Origin: an uncultured Treponema sp.
Lineage (GTDB): Bacteria; Spirochaetota; Spirochaetia; Treponematales; Treponemataceae
Assembly (NCBI GenBank): GCA_937891125.1
Contig: CALAEZ010000009.1
Location: 42,607 to 106,606 of the forward strand
Length of the DNA: 64,000 bases
Direction of reading: 5' to 3'
The position numbers and the translations under genes are program-made. Below, piece after piece: positions 1-11,200 of the stretch. Under the pieces are notes generated by a model. It ran no database searches. It had not been told where the DNA came from and worked only from the letters and a program-made list of their open reading frames with translations. The stretch's first letter is position 1. The number at the start of each line of letters is the position of its first letter.

Positions 1-45
1 GAAAAGGCAGCCTCTTCGCGCCGCCGCCGCCGCGGATAGTGTGCC

Positions 46-492
46 ATGTCCCTAACCATAGATGATGTGCGCACGTACTGCAAGGACATCGAGCCCCTCA
101 ACGTTTTGCTGAGAGGCAAGCTTCAGTCGTCTGACGAGCTCATCATGCTGGCCATGCGATTGGCGACGAACGACTACAACCTCGTTCCGCCGCTGACAAA
201 CGTGTCCGTAGATTCGTTCCCGTCAGACACCATGTTCATGTACGGCATACTGCATCACTTGTGCAATGCTGAGGCTGAGCGCCAGCTGCGCAACAATGTC
301 AATTACAGCGCCCAAGGCCTGAACGCAGGCATCGACGACAAGTTTGAGCAGTACAACAGGCTTGCCGCGTACTACAAGCAGCTGTTCGACCAGAAGGTGA
401 CGGAAAACAAGACATATCAGAACATGGACCGGGCATGGGGAGGATCGGCGTCGCCGTATGCCTGCATCAACGAGTACAACTACCGCAGCTAA
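46..492 (+). CDS. putative head-tail adaptor/neck protein
   Basis: 148-aa ORF, first of three genes directly before the tail sheath; function inferred from position only. Confidence 0.45.
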   Translation: MSLTIDDVRTYCKDIEPLNVLLRGKLQSSDELIMLAMRLATNDYNLVPPLTNVSVDSFPSDTMFMYGILHHLCNAEAERQLRNNVNYSAQGLNAGIDDKFEQYNRLAAYYKQLFDQKVTENKTYQNMDRAWGGSASPYACINEYNYRS

Positions 493-513
493 CCTGCTGC
501 CGGGTAAAGCGCA

Positions 514-1092
514 ATGCCTACCAACGTGCTGAAATACGGCCCTGCAGGGCCTGACGATTCCATACACGATTACACTCGGTTTGGAACGCATGAGCATTTG
601 CTCGGCTATGCTGACAAGATAAAGGCAGACCTGGTAAATGCCGCGTCGCTGTATAACGGCAAGGAAATTACGCTGTACAAGCTGACAGGCACGCACCGCT
701 GCCCCAAGTGCACAAACACGATCACCGGCGAGATCCTCGTGTCCAATTGCCGCGAGTGCCACGGCACGGGCAAGGTTGACGCATGGACGCAGGTCGGAGA
801 CTTCTGGGCGTACATAGATTTTGGCCCGGAGTATAACATTCCGCAGCTCATCGGCAATACGGTGAACAACGGGCAGGACAGGGAGACGTTTATCATCATT
901 GGCGCTCCCCTGATCAAGGATCAGGATTTTCTCGTTGTCAAAGAGACGCAGGAAATCCATAAGATTTACAATGTCGAGCCCAAGATCATAGCCATGGGCG
1001 GCATCGTTGTGGCGCAGGCCGCAACGACATCGAAAATAGAAGACGGGAGCCCTGAGTACAGGGTGCTGGACTTAGAAAATGCAGGACAATAA
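514..1092 (+). CDS. putative neck/head-closure protein with Zn finger
   Basis: 192 aa; CPKC...CRECHGTG motif; position upstream of sheath. Confidence 0.5.
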   Translation: MPTNVLKYGPAGPDDSIHDYTRFGTHEHLLGYADKIKADLVNAASLYNGKEITLYKLTGTHRCPKCTNTITGEILVSNCRECHGTGKVDAWTQVGDFWAYIDFGPEYNIPQLIGNTVNNGQDRETFIIIGAPLIKDQDFLVVKETQEIHKIYNVEPKIIAMGGIVVAQAATTSKIEDGSPEYRVLDLENAGQ

Positions 1093-1762
1093 GCAGCTTG
1101 CGCAGCCGAGCGTCATCAACAGCGTGCCCAAAGGCCATCGCCTGCCAATTGGCTCGCAGTTTGTTCCGTATGAAAGTCCGGCGCATGTGACAGAGCTTGT
1201 CCTTGTGCTGGTAAAGGAGCTTTTCCGCTCCCTGCCCGAAGGGCATCCGTACAGGTTTACCGATGACTACAATACTACTGGCTTGCTTGTTGATACGTCG
1301 TATAACAAGGCGTCCGAAATCTGGGGCAAAAAGCCCATAGTCACGATTTCGCGGGGCATGCAGAATGCCGGCGTGCTCGTGCTTGGCGACATGGCCACGA
1401 TGAACATGCCACTCAATTCCCACATGGCGTCCAACCTTGTCACGGCGTCTACAGAAGTTCACGTCGTGTCCAAGAGCAGGGCAGAAACCGAGATAATTGC
1501 CGAGCGCGTTTTTGCTGCGCTGATGATGCTGCGCACGCACGGCAAAAAGCTGCTGGGCGTGCACATGATAAGCAATCTCAGCATGTCCAATCCGCAGCCT
1601 CTTGAGCAGGACGACCAGATGTACGACGTCTCCATAACAATGCAGTACTACATGCAGTACCTGTGGGAAGACGCCGTGCCCGTGACGCTTTTGCAGAGCA
1701 TAGGCCTGCATGTCAACAAGGTTGCAAGCATTGGCGCTCATATGAACGCTGCCAGGGCGTGA
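1079..1762 (+). CDS. putative tail completion/terminator protein
   Basis: 227 aa, overlaps previous gene, immediately upstream of sheath. Confidence 0.45.
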   Translation: MQDNKQLAQPSVINSVPKGHRLPIGSQFVPYESPAHVTELVLVLVKELFRSLPEGHPYRFTDDYNTTGLLVDTSYNKASEIWGKKPIVTISRGMQNAGVLVLGDMATMNMPLNSHMASNLVTASTEVHVVSKSRAETEIIAERVFAALMMLRTHGKKLLGVHMISNLSMSNPQPLEQDDQMYDVSITMQYYMQYLWEDAVPVTLLQSIGLHVNKVASIGAHMNAARA

Positions 1763-1782
1763 AGTGCCTGCATTGTGATTTG

Positions 1783-1793
1783 CAATATTTAGG
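1783..1793 (+). promoter_or_regulatory. candidate late promoter motif CAATATTTAGG
   Basis: Identical copy at 4808-4818; variants at 17711, 23707, 33411, 43943, each upstream of a (+) gene start. Confidence 0.5.
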
Positions 1794-1829
1794 ATAAAGA
1801 CAATAACAACTAACCTGAGGTTTATTGCC

Positions 1830-3977
1830 ATGGCATATATTGAACCATTGGTTATGGTGTATCAGGAATACGAAAGCCTGAGCACCACAACCCAGACTGC
1901 CCAGCTTCCCGCCTGCATCATCGGCCCGTGCTACCAGATCGTTGATGCTGACGAGGACGAAGCTCTTGCAAACATTGCTGGCGGATATGTCGTGTCCGGA
2001 CTTACCGGAGTTGCCATACCCAATGTGGCTGCCGGAGCCGTCATTGACGAGAGCAGCATGCAGTTCCGCTTTAAAAATCCGCGCGTGCAGCTTGCAGCGG
2101 ACATGAGCATAGCAGAAGCTACACTAAACGAGATCAAGCCCGCAGCGGAATCCTTGATAGGCACCATTGCTGTTGGCGACATCATCAAGTTTTCCGGATA
2201 CGACAGCGAATGGCGTGTTTACAGCGTAGACTCCACTAAAAAAACGTTCCTTGTGAACATGGAAGTTCCCGGCGTCACCGTAAATAGGTACATAGCGTTC
2301 TCAGCTGCCGATTATGCTGCAAATGCCGAGGCCGGGCTGTTCAAGCTCAACGGCGTCGTGTGGCGCAAGGTTACCGCGGACTCGGACAACAACAGGTACT
2401 CGGTTGAGCGCAACGCCGATCAGTCTGCCACTGCCGTGGACGTGAATAGCAAAGGCACGCTCTCCGTTGAATACATTGTCAACACCTCGCTCAAGTTTTC
2501 TGTCGAGAGGCAGGTCGACGAGTTCACGCTGTCTTTGGAAGACGCCCATGTTACAGCGGATATTTCAAGCTACAAGTTTTCCGCAAGCGGCATAACCGCA
2601 GCGGTTAATGGCACGGATTACCCTGTTACGCAGGCAGAGCTCTATGTTGGTTACCGCGCACTTCGCCAGGACTTGTCCAGCATCGGCGTGGCATATACCG
2701 TGGACGAGATCAAGGCCAGCCTTGGCAAGATTGATCCTCGCAACCCGCTCGCCTTTGGCGTCAACATCGCTCTTGCCAACGCGTCTGACACGGGCATTTA
2801 CTATGTTGGCGTGGACAGCGATGATACCGAAGGCTATACGGCTGCTAAGGACAAGCTCGAAACGTACAGCCCGCTGTACGCTATCGCGCCCCTTACGCAG
2901 GACGTGGGCATTCTCAACATATTCAAGCTCCATGCCGTGTCCATGTCTGAGGCTGAGGCCGGCCAGTGGCGAATCGTAATAGGCAATACTGCCCTTCCGA
3001 CCGAGGTCGTGCTTGCCGAGAGCAACACGGACAGCTCGGTTGGCACTGTGCATAAAGGCACGCTTGCTGCCGACGGCGACGGCGACCTGTGCTGGCTCAA
3101 GGACGCATACGGCAACTTCCTGTCATCTTCCTGCGATTCAGGCGATACGCTTGTTATCCGCAAGATTGATGAAGAAAATGATGTCGTGTACGAGAATTCG
3201 TTTACCGTAGAGAGTGTCCCGACCGACGACATCATTATCGTGCTGCAAAACGCAGACTTTGGCGACGTTGCCAACAGCCCTTACGCTGCAGGCGATGTTG
3301 TTGAATACAAGGTTGTCCACAAGTACAACAAGGAAGGTCAGGCAAAGGCCATTGCCGCGGCATCCGAGGCATTCGGGAGCCGCCGCTTTGTGCATGTATG
3401 GCCTGACATTTGCGTTGTTGATGGCAAAGAGCTTCCCGGATACTACCTGTGCTGCGCCGTTGCTGGGGCAATTTCTTCGCTGCAGCCGCACTATGGTCTG
3501 ACAAGGCTGTCCATTGCCGGCATCGAAGCTGTCAAGCATTCCGGCGACATGTTCAACCGTTCGCAGTTGAACACCATTGCCGGCGGAGGCACGTTTATCT
3601 TCGTGCAGGACGTTCCAACAGCTGCTCCGTACATCCGCCATCAGCTTACCACCGAGTATGGCACCGTCGAGTTCCAGGAAGTTTCCTTCGTGAAGAACTT
3701 TGACTACGTATGCTACATACTCAAGGATGTGCTGCAGCAATACATTGGCAGATGGAACATCACTCCCTCTACGATAGCTGCGGTTGAAGATTCTATTTCT
3801 GCAGTGCTCGCATCGCAGATGTCTGTAAGCTACCCGATGATTGGCAGCCCGGTGCTAGGGTTTTCCGATGTTCATGCGGAACAGAGTGAGTTTTCTAAGG
3901 ACCGTGTCGAAGCGTACTGCAATGTGACATTCCCTTACCCGCTGAACACCTTGGCGGTTCACGTCATCAGCGAATAA
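1830..3977 (+). CDS. tail sheath protein
   Basis: 715 aa; sheath-like C-terminus (LPGYYLCCAVAG, LNTIAGGG, IRHQLTT, EVSFVKNFDYV, YPLNTL); followed by a tube-sized gene. Confidence 0.85.
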   Translation: MAYIEPLVMVYQEYESLSTTTQTAQLPACIIGPCYQIVDADEDEALANIAGGYVVSGLTGVAIPNVAAGAVIDESSMQFRFKNPRVQLAADMSIAEATLNEIKPAAESLIGTIAVGDIIKFSGYDSEWRVYSVDSTKKTFLVNMEVPGVTVNRYIAFSAADYAANAEAGLFKLNGVVWRKVTADSDNNRYSVERNADQSATAVDVNSKGTLSVEYIVNTSLKFSVERQVDEFTLSLEDAHVTADISSYKFSASGITAAVNGTDYPVTQAELYVGYRALRQDLSSIGVAYTVDEIKASLGKIDPRNPLAFGVNIALANASDTGIYYVGVDSDDTEGYTAAKDKLETYSPLYAIAPLTQDVGILNIFKLHAVSMSEAEAGQWRIVIGNTALPTEVVLAESNTDSSVGTVHKGTLAADGDGDLCWLKDAYGNFLSSSCDSGDTLVIRKIDEENDVVYENSFTVESVPTDDIIIVLQNADFGDVANSPYAAGDVVEYKVVHKYNKEGQAKAIAAASEAFGSRRFVHVWPDICVVDGKELPGYYLCCAVAGAISSLQPHYGLTRLSIAGIEAVKHSGDMFNRSQLNTIAGGGTFIFVQDVPTAAPYIRHQLTTEYGTVEFQEVSFVKNFDYVCYILKDVLQQYIGRWNITPSTIAAVEDSISAVLASQMSVSYPMIGSPVLGFSDVHAEQSEFSKDRVEAYCNVTFPYPLNTLAVHVISE

Positions 3978-3992
3978 TAGGAGGAATATGAC

Positions 3993-4721
3993 ATGGCTAA
4001 CTATACAATATACGATGCAACTAACAGTAAGTTGAATGTTACCTCGAGCGAAAGTAATTGGTATCAACGATATAAAGAAGCCTTTATCGAACAGTCGCAT
4101 GACTTTTCGCAGCTTAGTTTATTGCTCCCGGATGACTGCCTGGTTATGGCGGGACCTCCGAGACGGCCGTTGTGGCAAAGTAGCGAGGGCAAGTGCGCAG
4201 TAGGTTTTGTCAATACGTTGTCGGTAACGCAGCAAAGCAGTGTTCAGCCGTTAAAGGCACTTGGTTCCAGGCGTCATATTTTTGCAAAGACAAACCAGCC
4301 TGCACAGATAACGATGCGTCGCGCCATGTTTACTCGCGGAACGCTCATGTATACCATATACAGCAACATAGATGCGTCGGCAGGCGCTGTTACCAAGAAG
4401 AACCAGTCGCTCCTTGCTGGAGACATAAGCACAATTTCCGGTATAGAGAATGGCACTGGGTATATGTATACAAACCTAGAAGAAGATTTGTACCGCATAC
4501 CTTTTGGGCTGCGCATAATGCTTGCAAGTCCTACAATTTTGGCGAATGAGACAGCTGCCCCGTCCATTCTTGCGGAGGGATGCACTTTTGCCAACCACAA
4601 TATGACTGTTACGGCAGGTGAAGCCGTAATTTTTGAAGATGTCACGATTTATGCGGACCGCATAGTTGGCTGGCAAGCTGGCACAAACTTGTCCACAGAA
4701 AAAGCCAACAAAGGGTGGTAA
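3993..4721 (+). CDS. tail tube protein
   Basis: 242 aa after sheath; AGGAGG RBS; VGFVNTLSVTQQSSVQPLKALGS tube-like segment. Confidence 0.7.
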   Translation: MANYTIYDATNSKLNVTSSESNWYQRYKEAFIEQSHDFSQLSLLLPDDCLVMAGPPRRPLWQSSEGKCAVGFVNTLSVTQQSSVQPLKALGSRRHIFAKTNQPAQITMRRAMFTRGTLMYTIYSNIDASAGAVTKKNQSLLAGDISTISGIENGTGYMYTNLEEDLYRIPFGLRIMLASPTILANETAAPSILAEGCTFANHNMTVTAGEAVIFEDVTIYADRIVGWQAGTNLSTEKANKGW

Positions 4722-4757
4722 TAATTTATCAACGTATAAAAAAACAAGTACACATAT

Positions 4758-4792
4758 GCTCCGGAGCCAATAATGTTCCGGAGCTGTTTTTT
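4758..4792 (+). terminator. intrinsic terminator
   Basis: GCTCCGGAGC...GTTCCGGAGC stem followed by TGTTTTTT. Confidence 0.75.
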
Positions 4793-4819
4793 ATCAGCGG
4801 CAAAACACAATATTTAGGC

Positions 4820-6064
4820 ATGCAAATACCTCAGCCAGAATTTGCCATTGGCACGATTTCCCGCAATGATCCGGTCAAAGGGACATGCGATGTGGCGCTC
4901 AGCGATGAGCGCGGCATTCTCTACGACGTACCTATTTTAGGTACGGAGTCCTGCAATGGTTCTACAAGCGTTTCGCTGTCCTCCTCATTAGAAAAGAACT
5001 CTGTCGTCCTGCTCATGCGCATTTGTTACGAGTGGTATGTGGCATGCACGATACCGATTGTTATAAACGATGGCGCGGGCACGGCAACAAGCTGCACAAG
5101 TACGAATACCGGCGGAGATAATTCTGTTACGTATGGCAAGAGCAGCAGCAGCTCTTCGTACATGACAGGTCGTAACGTCGACGTTCTCAGTGGTGACAAG
5201 CGCCTTGTTGCCAATGGCGGGTCAGAGCTATTGCTTGGCAAAGAGGGGCTGATCGTGCTCAAGGCATCGGCCCTGGCCCAGCTCATTTTAGGCGCGTACA
5301 AAAACTTTGCGCGTATAGTTGCCAGGGAGTTCGAGCTGTTTACGGACTTTGGCACCGTACGGTTTACTGGAGGCGGCAAAGACGGCGTGACGGGCATGGC
5401 CATCATGGGCGGAGGAAACTTTGCAGACGAGGCCAGCACCATAGAGCCGGCGTACCCCGTGCACATGTACATCGGCGACGTGCCTTGGGATGCCAACGGG
5501 CGCTTTGCCATGCAGGTGGATTCTCCGGACGGCGCTCAGCACATACGCAGGGAAATCGACGTCAACGGCAATCAGGAAACCTACGCGTCAAAGGCCATAG
5601 CGGAGCGCTCGCTGTTCCGCAAGACTGTTGTGGACGACAGCGAAGAACATCACGTTGTCGGCGGGCAGTACGTTGCCGTTGGCATGGGAGGACTGCCTGA
5701 TGCTGACGAGCAGGACTTGCGCGACGATGTGCAGTCCCTTGCCGCAGGCAACAGGGCGACGGACATCAAGGGCAATGATGCGCTCACTGTGCACACAGGC
5801 AACCTGACGCAGGCCATTTCCGCCGGCGATCACAGCATGCAGGTTGGTAAGAACCAGACAATAACCGTTGGTGGAAAGCAAAACATAAGCGTCGCTGGCA
5901 AAATAACGGAAAGCACCGAAGATAACAAAGACCTTAAAGTAAAGAAAACGCTGGCATTGAAGCTCGGCGGGCTAACCATAGGCAGCTATGACGGTTCTAC
6001 TGGTACGTTCACGATAAACACGTCCAACACGCTGAACATTGTGAAAGGGCAGGCAGCAGAATGA
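4820..6064 (+). CDS. baseplate central spike (gp5/VgrG-like)
   Basis: N-terminal OB-fold-like segment and C-terminal beta-helix repeats (SMQVGKNQTITVGGKQNISVAG); ATG 4820 preferred because the longer ORF crosses a terminator. Confidence 0.7.
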   Translation: MQIPQPEFAIGTISRNDPVKGTCDVALSDERGILYDVPILGTESCNGSTSVSLSSSLEKNSVVLLMRICYEWYVACTIPIVINDGAGTATSCTSTNTGGDNSVTYGKSSSSSSYMTGRNVDVLSGDKRLVANGGSELLLGKEGLIVLKASALAQLILGAYKNFARIVAREFELFTDFGTVRFTGGGKDGVTGMAIMGGGNFADEASTIEPAYPVHMYIGDVPWDANGRFAMQVDSPDGAQHIRREIDVNGNQETYASKAIAERSLFRKTVVDDSEEHHVVGGQYVAVGMGGLPDADEQDLRDDVQSLAAGNRATDIKGNDALTVHTGNLTQAISAGDHSMQVGKNQTITVGGKQNISVAGKITESTEDNKDLKVKKTLALKLGGLTIGSYDGSTGTFTINTSNTLNIVKGQAAE

Positions 6065-6864
6065 CCAACGTACTTTCCGGGCTGTCTTGCGAAACGCTGT
6101 ACAAAATGTATCAGGCGTATCTCAACCAGCTTAAAGGCCTTGTTCAGAACACGAGGAGTCTTCTGCGCAATATGACGGACATTGTGTCGTTTCCGTTCAA
6201 GCGCATACAGGCTCTTGTGGACGAGTATATTTCGGCGCTGAACAACCTGAAGCTGCTTGATTTTTCCAACGTCAAGGACTTGCTGGCATCTGTAAAGAGG
6301 CTCCTTGACTGCCCTGTGCTGGCGGATGCTTTTGGCAAGCAGATTTCGGATATTATTGACAACGCAGGCAAGGGGCTTGCCGCGCTGAAGAAAATGGTGT
6401 CTGACATGCTCAGCAGCGTGGCGGACAAGGTAAAAAACGCCCTTGCTCCGTTGCAAAAGATGCTGCAAACGCCGCTGGACAAGCTCACGTCCGCGTTTGA
6501 CACGATGGCGAGCACAAAGCTCGGGCCCATATTTAAAAAGCTTGGACAGCTTGAGGAATGCCTCGGCAACATGTGCGCTGCGTACAAGGCTGTCAAGGAG
6601 TTCAGCCCAGGATCCATCATAAAGCCGCTCGAAAAGTTTGGCGTGTCGTATGAGAACGGCAAGATTTCCGTGAGCAAGGACGGATTGATGAATGGCCTTT
6701 CCAAAAAAGTTACGGACATCAAAGAAAAAAGCGCAAAAAGCTACTCAGAGCTGCAAAAAGGCATGAACGACAGGATAAACGAGGCGCTTGCCAAGGCGGA
6801 CGCCATCAAGAAAGGCGTCGTAAAGTGGCCGGCGCTAAAGGAAGTTGCGGCAAGTGGCGGATGA
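6061..6864 (+). CDS. helical hypothetical virion-module protein
   Basis: 267 aa, Lys/Leu-rich, ATGA-coupled to the spike gene. Confidence 0.6.
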   Translation: MTNVLSGLSCETLYKMYQAYLNQLKGLVQNTRSLLRNMTDIVSFPFKRIQALVDEYISALNNLKLLDFSNVKDLLASVKRLLDCPVLADAFGKQISDIIDNAGKGLAALKKMVSDMLSSVADKVKNALAPLQKMLQTPLDKLTSAFDTMASTKLGPIFKKLGQLEECLGNMCAAYKAVKEFSPGSIIKPLEKFGVSYENGKISVSKDGLMNGLSKKVTDIKEKSAKSYSELQKGMNDRINEALAKADAIKKGVVKWPALKEVAASGG

Positions 6865-7192
6865 TGATCAGCAATCGGAAGCTAAGCAGGTTGCAACCAT
6901 AGGCTGCACGTTTTCCGGCTACTGCAGCAAGCATCATCACGGCAGCTTTACGGGCACGTTTGATGACAATGGCTCTGTTGTGATGCAGCTCAATGACAAG
7001 GATGTTTGTGTTACAGGCACGACTGGCACGGCAAGCTGCGGCTGTACGGTGCGGGCAATAGGCAAGTCAGTTGCGCTGCAGCTGAACGGACTTGCCGTCG
7101 CCAGGGTTACCGACCCAATAGAAAACGCGGACGGCAGCGGCAGCATAAAAGGCGTGATTACCAGCGGCGTTGATTTTTTAGCAATAAACTAA
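6854..7192 (+). CDS. PAAR-like spike tip protein
   Basis: About 112 aa; LNGLAVARVTDP, HHH and CGC metal ligands; near spike gene; start uncertain. Confidence 0.7.
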   Translation: MADDDQQSEAKQVATIGCTFSGYCSKHHHGSFTGTFDDNGSVVMQLNDKDVCVTGTTGTASCGCTVRAIGKSVALQLNGLAVARVTDPIENADGSGSIKGVITSGVDFLAIN

Positions 7193-7201
7193 GGAGAGCT
7201 T

Positions 7202-7813
7202 ATGAACATTCGCACGGCAAAGAAGGGCACGCAGGTAAAAAGCATTCCTACAGAGCCCATAGTGGAAGAGGCAAAGCAGGAAGCTGTTGAAAAGCCCGCG
7301 CCAAACAAGGTATCGCCGCTTACGACAGAAGACTTTGGCGGCAACGCGCTCATCGAAGAGTACATGCGCTTTATCAATGACCACGGCATAACCAAGGATG
7401 ATGTTTTTCAGCTGCTCGACAGTATCATGACATCTGGTTACCTGGAGTGGGATACGTCTATCAACAAAGGAAAGACGGCTCTGCGCTTCCGTATGCGTCC
7501 TGTGTGGGCTGAGGATGTCATCTCAAAGAATATCGATGCTCTCAGCGCGGACAAGAACCTTTCCATGGCACGATTTTCCAACGCGCTCAGGGCATTAAAC
7601 CTTGCTGCGTCCCTTGTTTTGTTTGGCGAGCGTGAGTTCGACGTAAAGGACGAAGATAGCTTTAACGCTGCGCTGGAGTTCATACGCAGCCTTCCGTACC
7701 CCGTATTCGCTGCTGTGACTACGCAGCTTGCCGTGTTTGACAGGGCCATTGTCGTGGCGATGTCAGATTGGGCAATGAAAAATTTTACGGAACCCCCGAA
7801 GGAAAATTCTTAG
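7202..7813 (+). CDS. tail assembly chaperone (G-like)
   Basis: AAGGAG RBS; two genes before tape measure; in-frame slippery heptamer A-AAT-TTT at 7780-7786. Confidence 0.65.
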   Translation: MNIRTAKKGTQVKSIPTEPIVEEAKQEAVEKPAPNKVSPLTTEDFGGNALIEEYMRFINDHGITKDDVFQLLDSIMTSGYLEWDTSINKGKTALRFRMRPVWAEDVISKNIDALSADKNLSMARFSNALRALNLAASLVLFGEREFDVKDEDSFNAALEFIRSLPYPVFAAVTTQLAVFDRAIVVAMSDWAMKNFTEPPKENS

Positions 7814-8211
7814 CGTGGCAGCTGGAACGTTCGGGGGCAATGTACGGGCAAGGCACGGCAGAGGCGCGTTTTTTGCAGCTGCATTTCGTTGAAAGCGAGG
7901 CAAAGCGTGTTGCTTGGGAACGGTGGCAGGGTGCAAGAATGCTCGATTTATTTGCTGCGGCAGCAGCAGGAAAATCCAATGATAGCAGCAGGCAGACATT
8001 TTTGCGTAAGACTATGCAGCAGCTGGACGACATCTTAAGCATGGCAAGCCCCTTTGCAAAAGACGCTATGTCTCACGCGCAAAAAACAATGTCTGATGAA
8101 AAAAAGGCTGCACTCCTTAGCCAGCTTAACGCTTTGCAGGATAAAAGCGATGAAGCCATAATTGGCACTATGCTTGCTATGACTGCAAACGTGAAGGACA
8201 AGGCAAGTTAG
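7780..8211 (+). CDS. tail assembly chaperone frameshift extension (GT-like)
   Basis: ORF in -1 frame relative to 7202..7813, lacks a good own start; -1 slip at 7780-7786 enters it as FYGTPEGKF. Confidence 0.6.
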   Translation, partial: KFYGTPEGKFLAWQLERSGAMYGQGTAEARFLQLHFVESEAKRVAWERWQGARMLDLFAAAAAGKSNDSSRQTFLRKTMQQLDDILSMASPFAKDAMSHAQKTMSDEKKAALLSQLNALQDKSDEAIIGTMLAMTANVKDKAS

Positions 8212-8213
8212 GC

Positions 8214-11200
8214 ATGATAACACAATCGGCATCCTATGACAATTCTACGCCAGTAATGCAAATGGCCTATGATCCGTTGCGCGTAGCAGCCTACGCAGGA
8301 CAGTTTGGCAACATGCCTGCAGCGCAGTATCTTACTCCTGCGGAATACGGCGCATATCGTGATACGCCAACTGCCAATGTAAACATTACGCCCAATATGC
8401 AGCCTGGGTTTTTAACTAACTTAGCCACGGCATATGGCTGGCCGTTTACTTATAATCCTGCAGTAAACCCAATGGTGTACAGGGCTCACGCCGCACGCCA
8501 GGCATCTGATCAAATGGCTGCCTTTGGCTTTTCAATGCTCGATTTTGGGGCGGAAACGCTGCTTGGGATGGGCGCTGGCGCCTTGGTTGGCGGTGGGGTC
8601 GCAGGCCTTGCTGCCGGCGTTGCCGCGCCCATGCTTCTGCCGGCAAGTTTGTCAGCCACGGCTGTTTCTGACCGGATTAGGGAAGCACGGGCAGTACAGC
8701 AGCGCTCTATGGCAAAAATAACTAGCGGGAGCGAGCTTGATCTTGCTACAGGCATGGGATTTTCCAGCGCAGCGGCATCGAACATCGATAGGTTTATACG
8801 TAAGCAGGGCGCTGGTGATTGGCTGTTTAAAGAAGGTGATTTCAGAAATATCTTGCATACAGGCATGGAGATCGGCATGTTTGATTTTGCAGGGAACACT
8901 TCTGAGCAATATAAGCGGCAGTTGAAAAAGCTGCGCGACGTTCTTGGCACGGCAATGAGCGTGCTAGGGTCAACCGATTTTAAAGAGCTATTAAAAGACC
9001 TGAGGCGATTGCAAACCTTAGGCTTGTCAACGGAGCAAATGGGTCGCGCGTTGCGCCGGGAAGAGGGTTATGCGCGCATGGCGGGTCTTAGCCAGCAAGA
9101 ACTTGTTGCCCGGTACGGGCAGCCCGGTGCGGTAATGGCGTCTCAGCGCGGTTTTGCTGGGTACATAGGCTCGCAAGCCATGGAGTCGCACGCCGCGGCG
9201 TTGAGCCTTGCAAGGCAAAACGGCGTTATTTCACCGTCGCGCCTTGCAGCTCTTGGTGGTGAGCAGGGGTATGCAACGGCAGCAACAGAAGCAACTCTCA
9301 ATGCCGAGCAAAACTTTGAAATGCTCATAGCTGCTTCGGTGTCAAAAAACCGAGGACGTGAATTTGATTATAAAAAAATGGTCAATCTCCTGCAAAAAGC
9401 TGATACTGATAAAAATTTTAACCTTGCGCGTGAAGCGCTTTCTTCGGCAGGCGGCAGCCTTGATGCCATAACCATGCAAAACCTGGAGATAAACTCCAAG
9501 GAATTTGTAAAGCACTTTTATGATAAGCTGGGGGAAGATAATAAGCGTAAATTCCAGCGGCAGGCATTTACTGGCATTGGCGCAGACATATTGCAAAGTT
9601 TCCCCAACGCTACTGACGAAGATAAATTCATAGCTGGGTATCGACGCATTACAAATGCAAGCGCAGCACAGGCTGCCATGACGTATAATGTGTATTATAA
9701 CAACAGGGACTTTGATAATCAAAACAAATACAGCAGCCGTATAGAGTTGTTGCGGCGCAGAGAAGAAGAACGTGAACGTGACCGCTTTTATAACCGCGCG
9801 TCTGTAGTTGTTCGCAAGTTTATTAATAATCTCTCTGACTACGCAATAGGTGGATTTACGCACGATTTATTAAAAAAGACAGATGCGCGGGCAAAAACAG
9901 CCGCTGGAGGAGGTGTAAGCCCTTCTGTAACGGAACAAGAGATGGAAACTTACCGGAAGCGCATGTATAGCATGTATGGAGGCACGGAACCTTCTGGTAA
10001 AGACAGTGCATCTATAGAACCAATGGAGTTTGATTCTGATTTTGCGGAATCTATCCAGCGGCAGTCTTATGACGCAAATAAATATGAGCCGTTGCGCTAT
10101 GACAGAAACAACCGTCCGCTGCCACCTACGGCGGCTGGTAAAAAAGCTGTTAACAGCGCGTCATGGACTGCGGAATTAAACGCTACGGCCATGGAAAATG
10201 CCAATGAGGCTGCGCACTTACGCGGGCAAAAAGACATATTTTCTGCCGACATAATACGCAGTGTTAGGGGTGCATGGAACCCATCGGATGCACAGAGGGA
10301 AGAAGATACCTGGCGTAATGGGCACGAAGATTTTCGTGTAGGCAGCGCCGGTACGTTTGCTGCCCTTGAAAAAGCAAATGTTAATGGATTTGAATTTACG
10401 CAGAACGATCTGGATAAGCTTACAAATGGTACAATAATATATTCAAGGGACATCGATAAAGCTAAGCACCGGTATAAAAACATAACAAAGTCCGGCACCG
10501 TGTATGTCGATGAAAATACCGGGAAAAAGCGCGTTTCTTATTATTCCGACAAGGAGAAGGCTGTGATTACTGCTCCCCTTGAGGAATACTTGAATACAGA
10601 AGCCTCCGGAATAAATGGCAAATTTCTTGCGCAAAGCCTGCGCGATGCGGCAACTGAAGATGGAAGAAGGGGTAGTGCTGAGTACAGGGAAGAAAGGCGC
10701 AAAGAAATAAATGCCCAGCGTGCAGAAGTGCGCAACATGCTTACCCGGCAAAAAGACGCAGATCTCTTTGCGTACATGACTACTGGAAAAGACGCAGCAG
10801 TAGCAAAGGTAGGCGATGCAATGAATACTCTTGCAACGCTCAACGGCATTGACCAGCAGGCAGAGCGCATTGCAGCTGGGGAAGAAAAACTTGATATCAA
10901 TGGCAGCTTAGGCATTGACAGCGGCAAAAAATTAGACGCCGTTATATCAGATTCCATGCGAAGCCTCATGAAAGACGATGGTGAAGCAGGCATGGATAAG
11001 CTGGTTACATCGCTGGTTTCACTGGCTAATAAAAAAGATATTGGCGGCCTTGATAAACAGGCATTACTCATTGGGATTGGTGGCGGTTCTTGGTGGAACC
11101 CAGGCACGCTGCTTAGTAACAAAACGAGGTTTATGCTTACTGGCAGCGACAAGGATATGAGCGCCAGAGCGGCAAAAGCCGTACTGACAGGCATTCGTTC

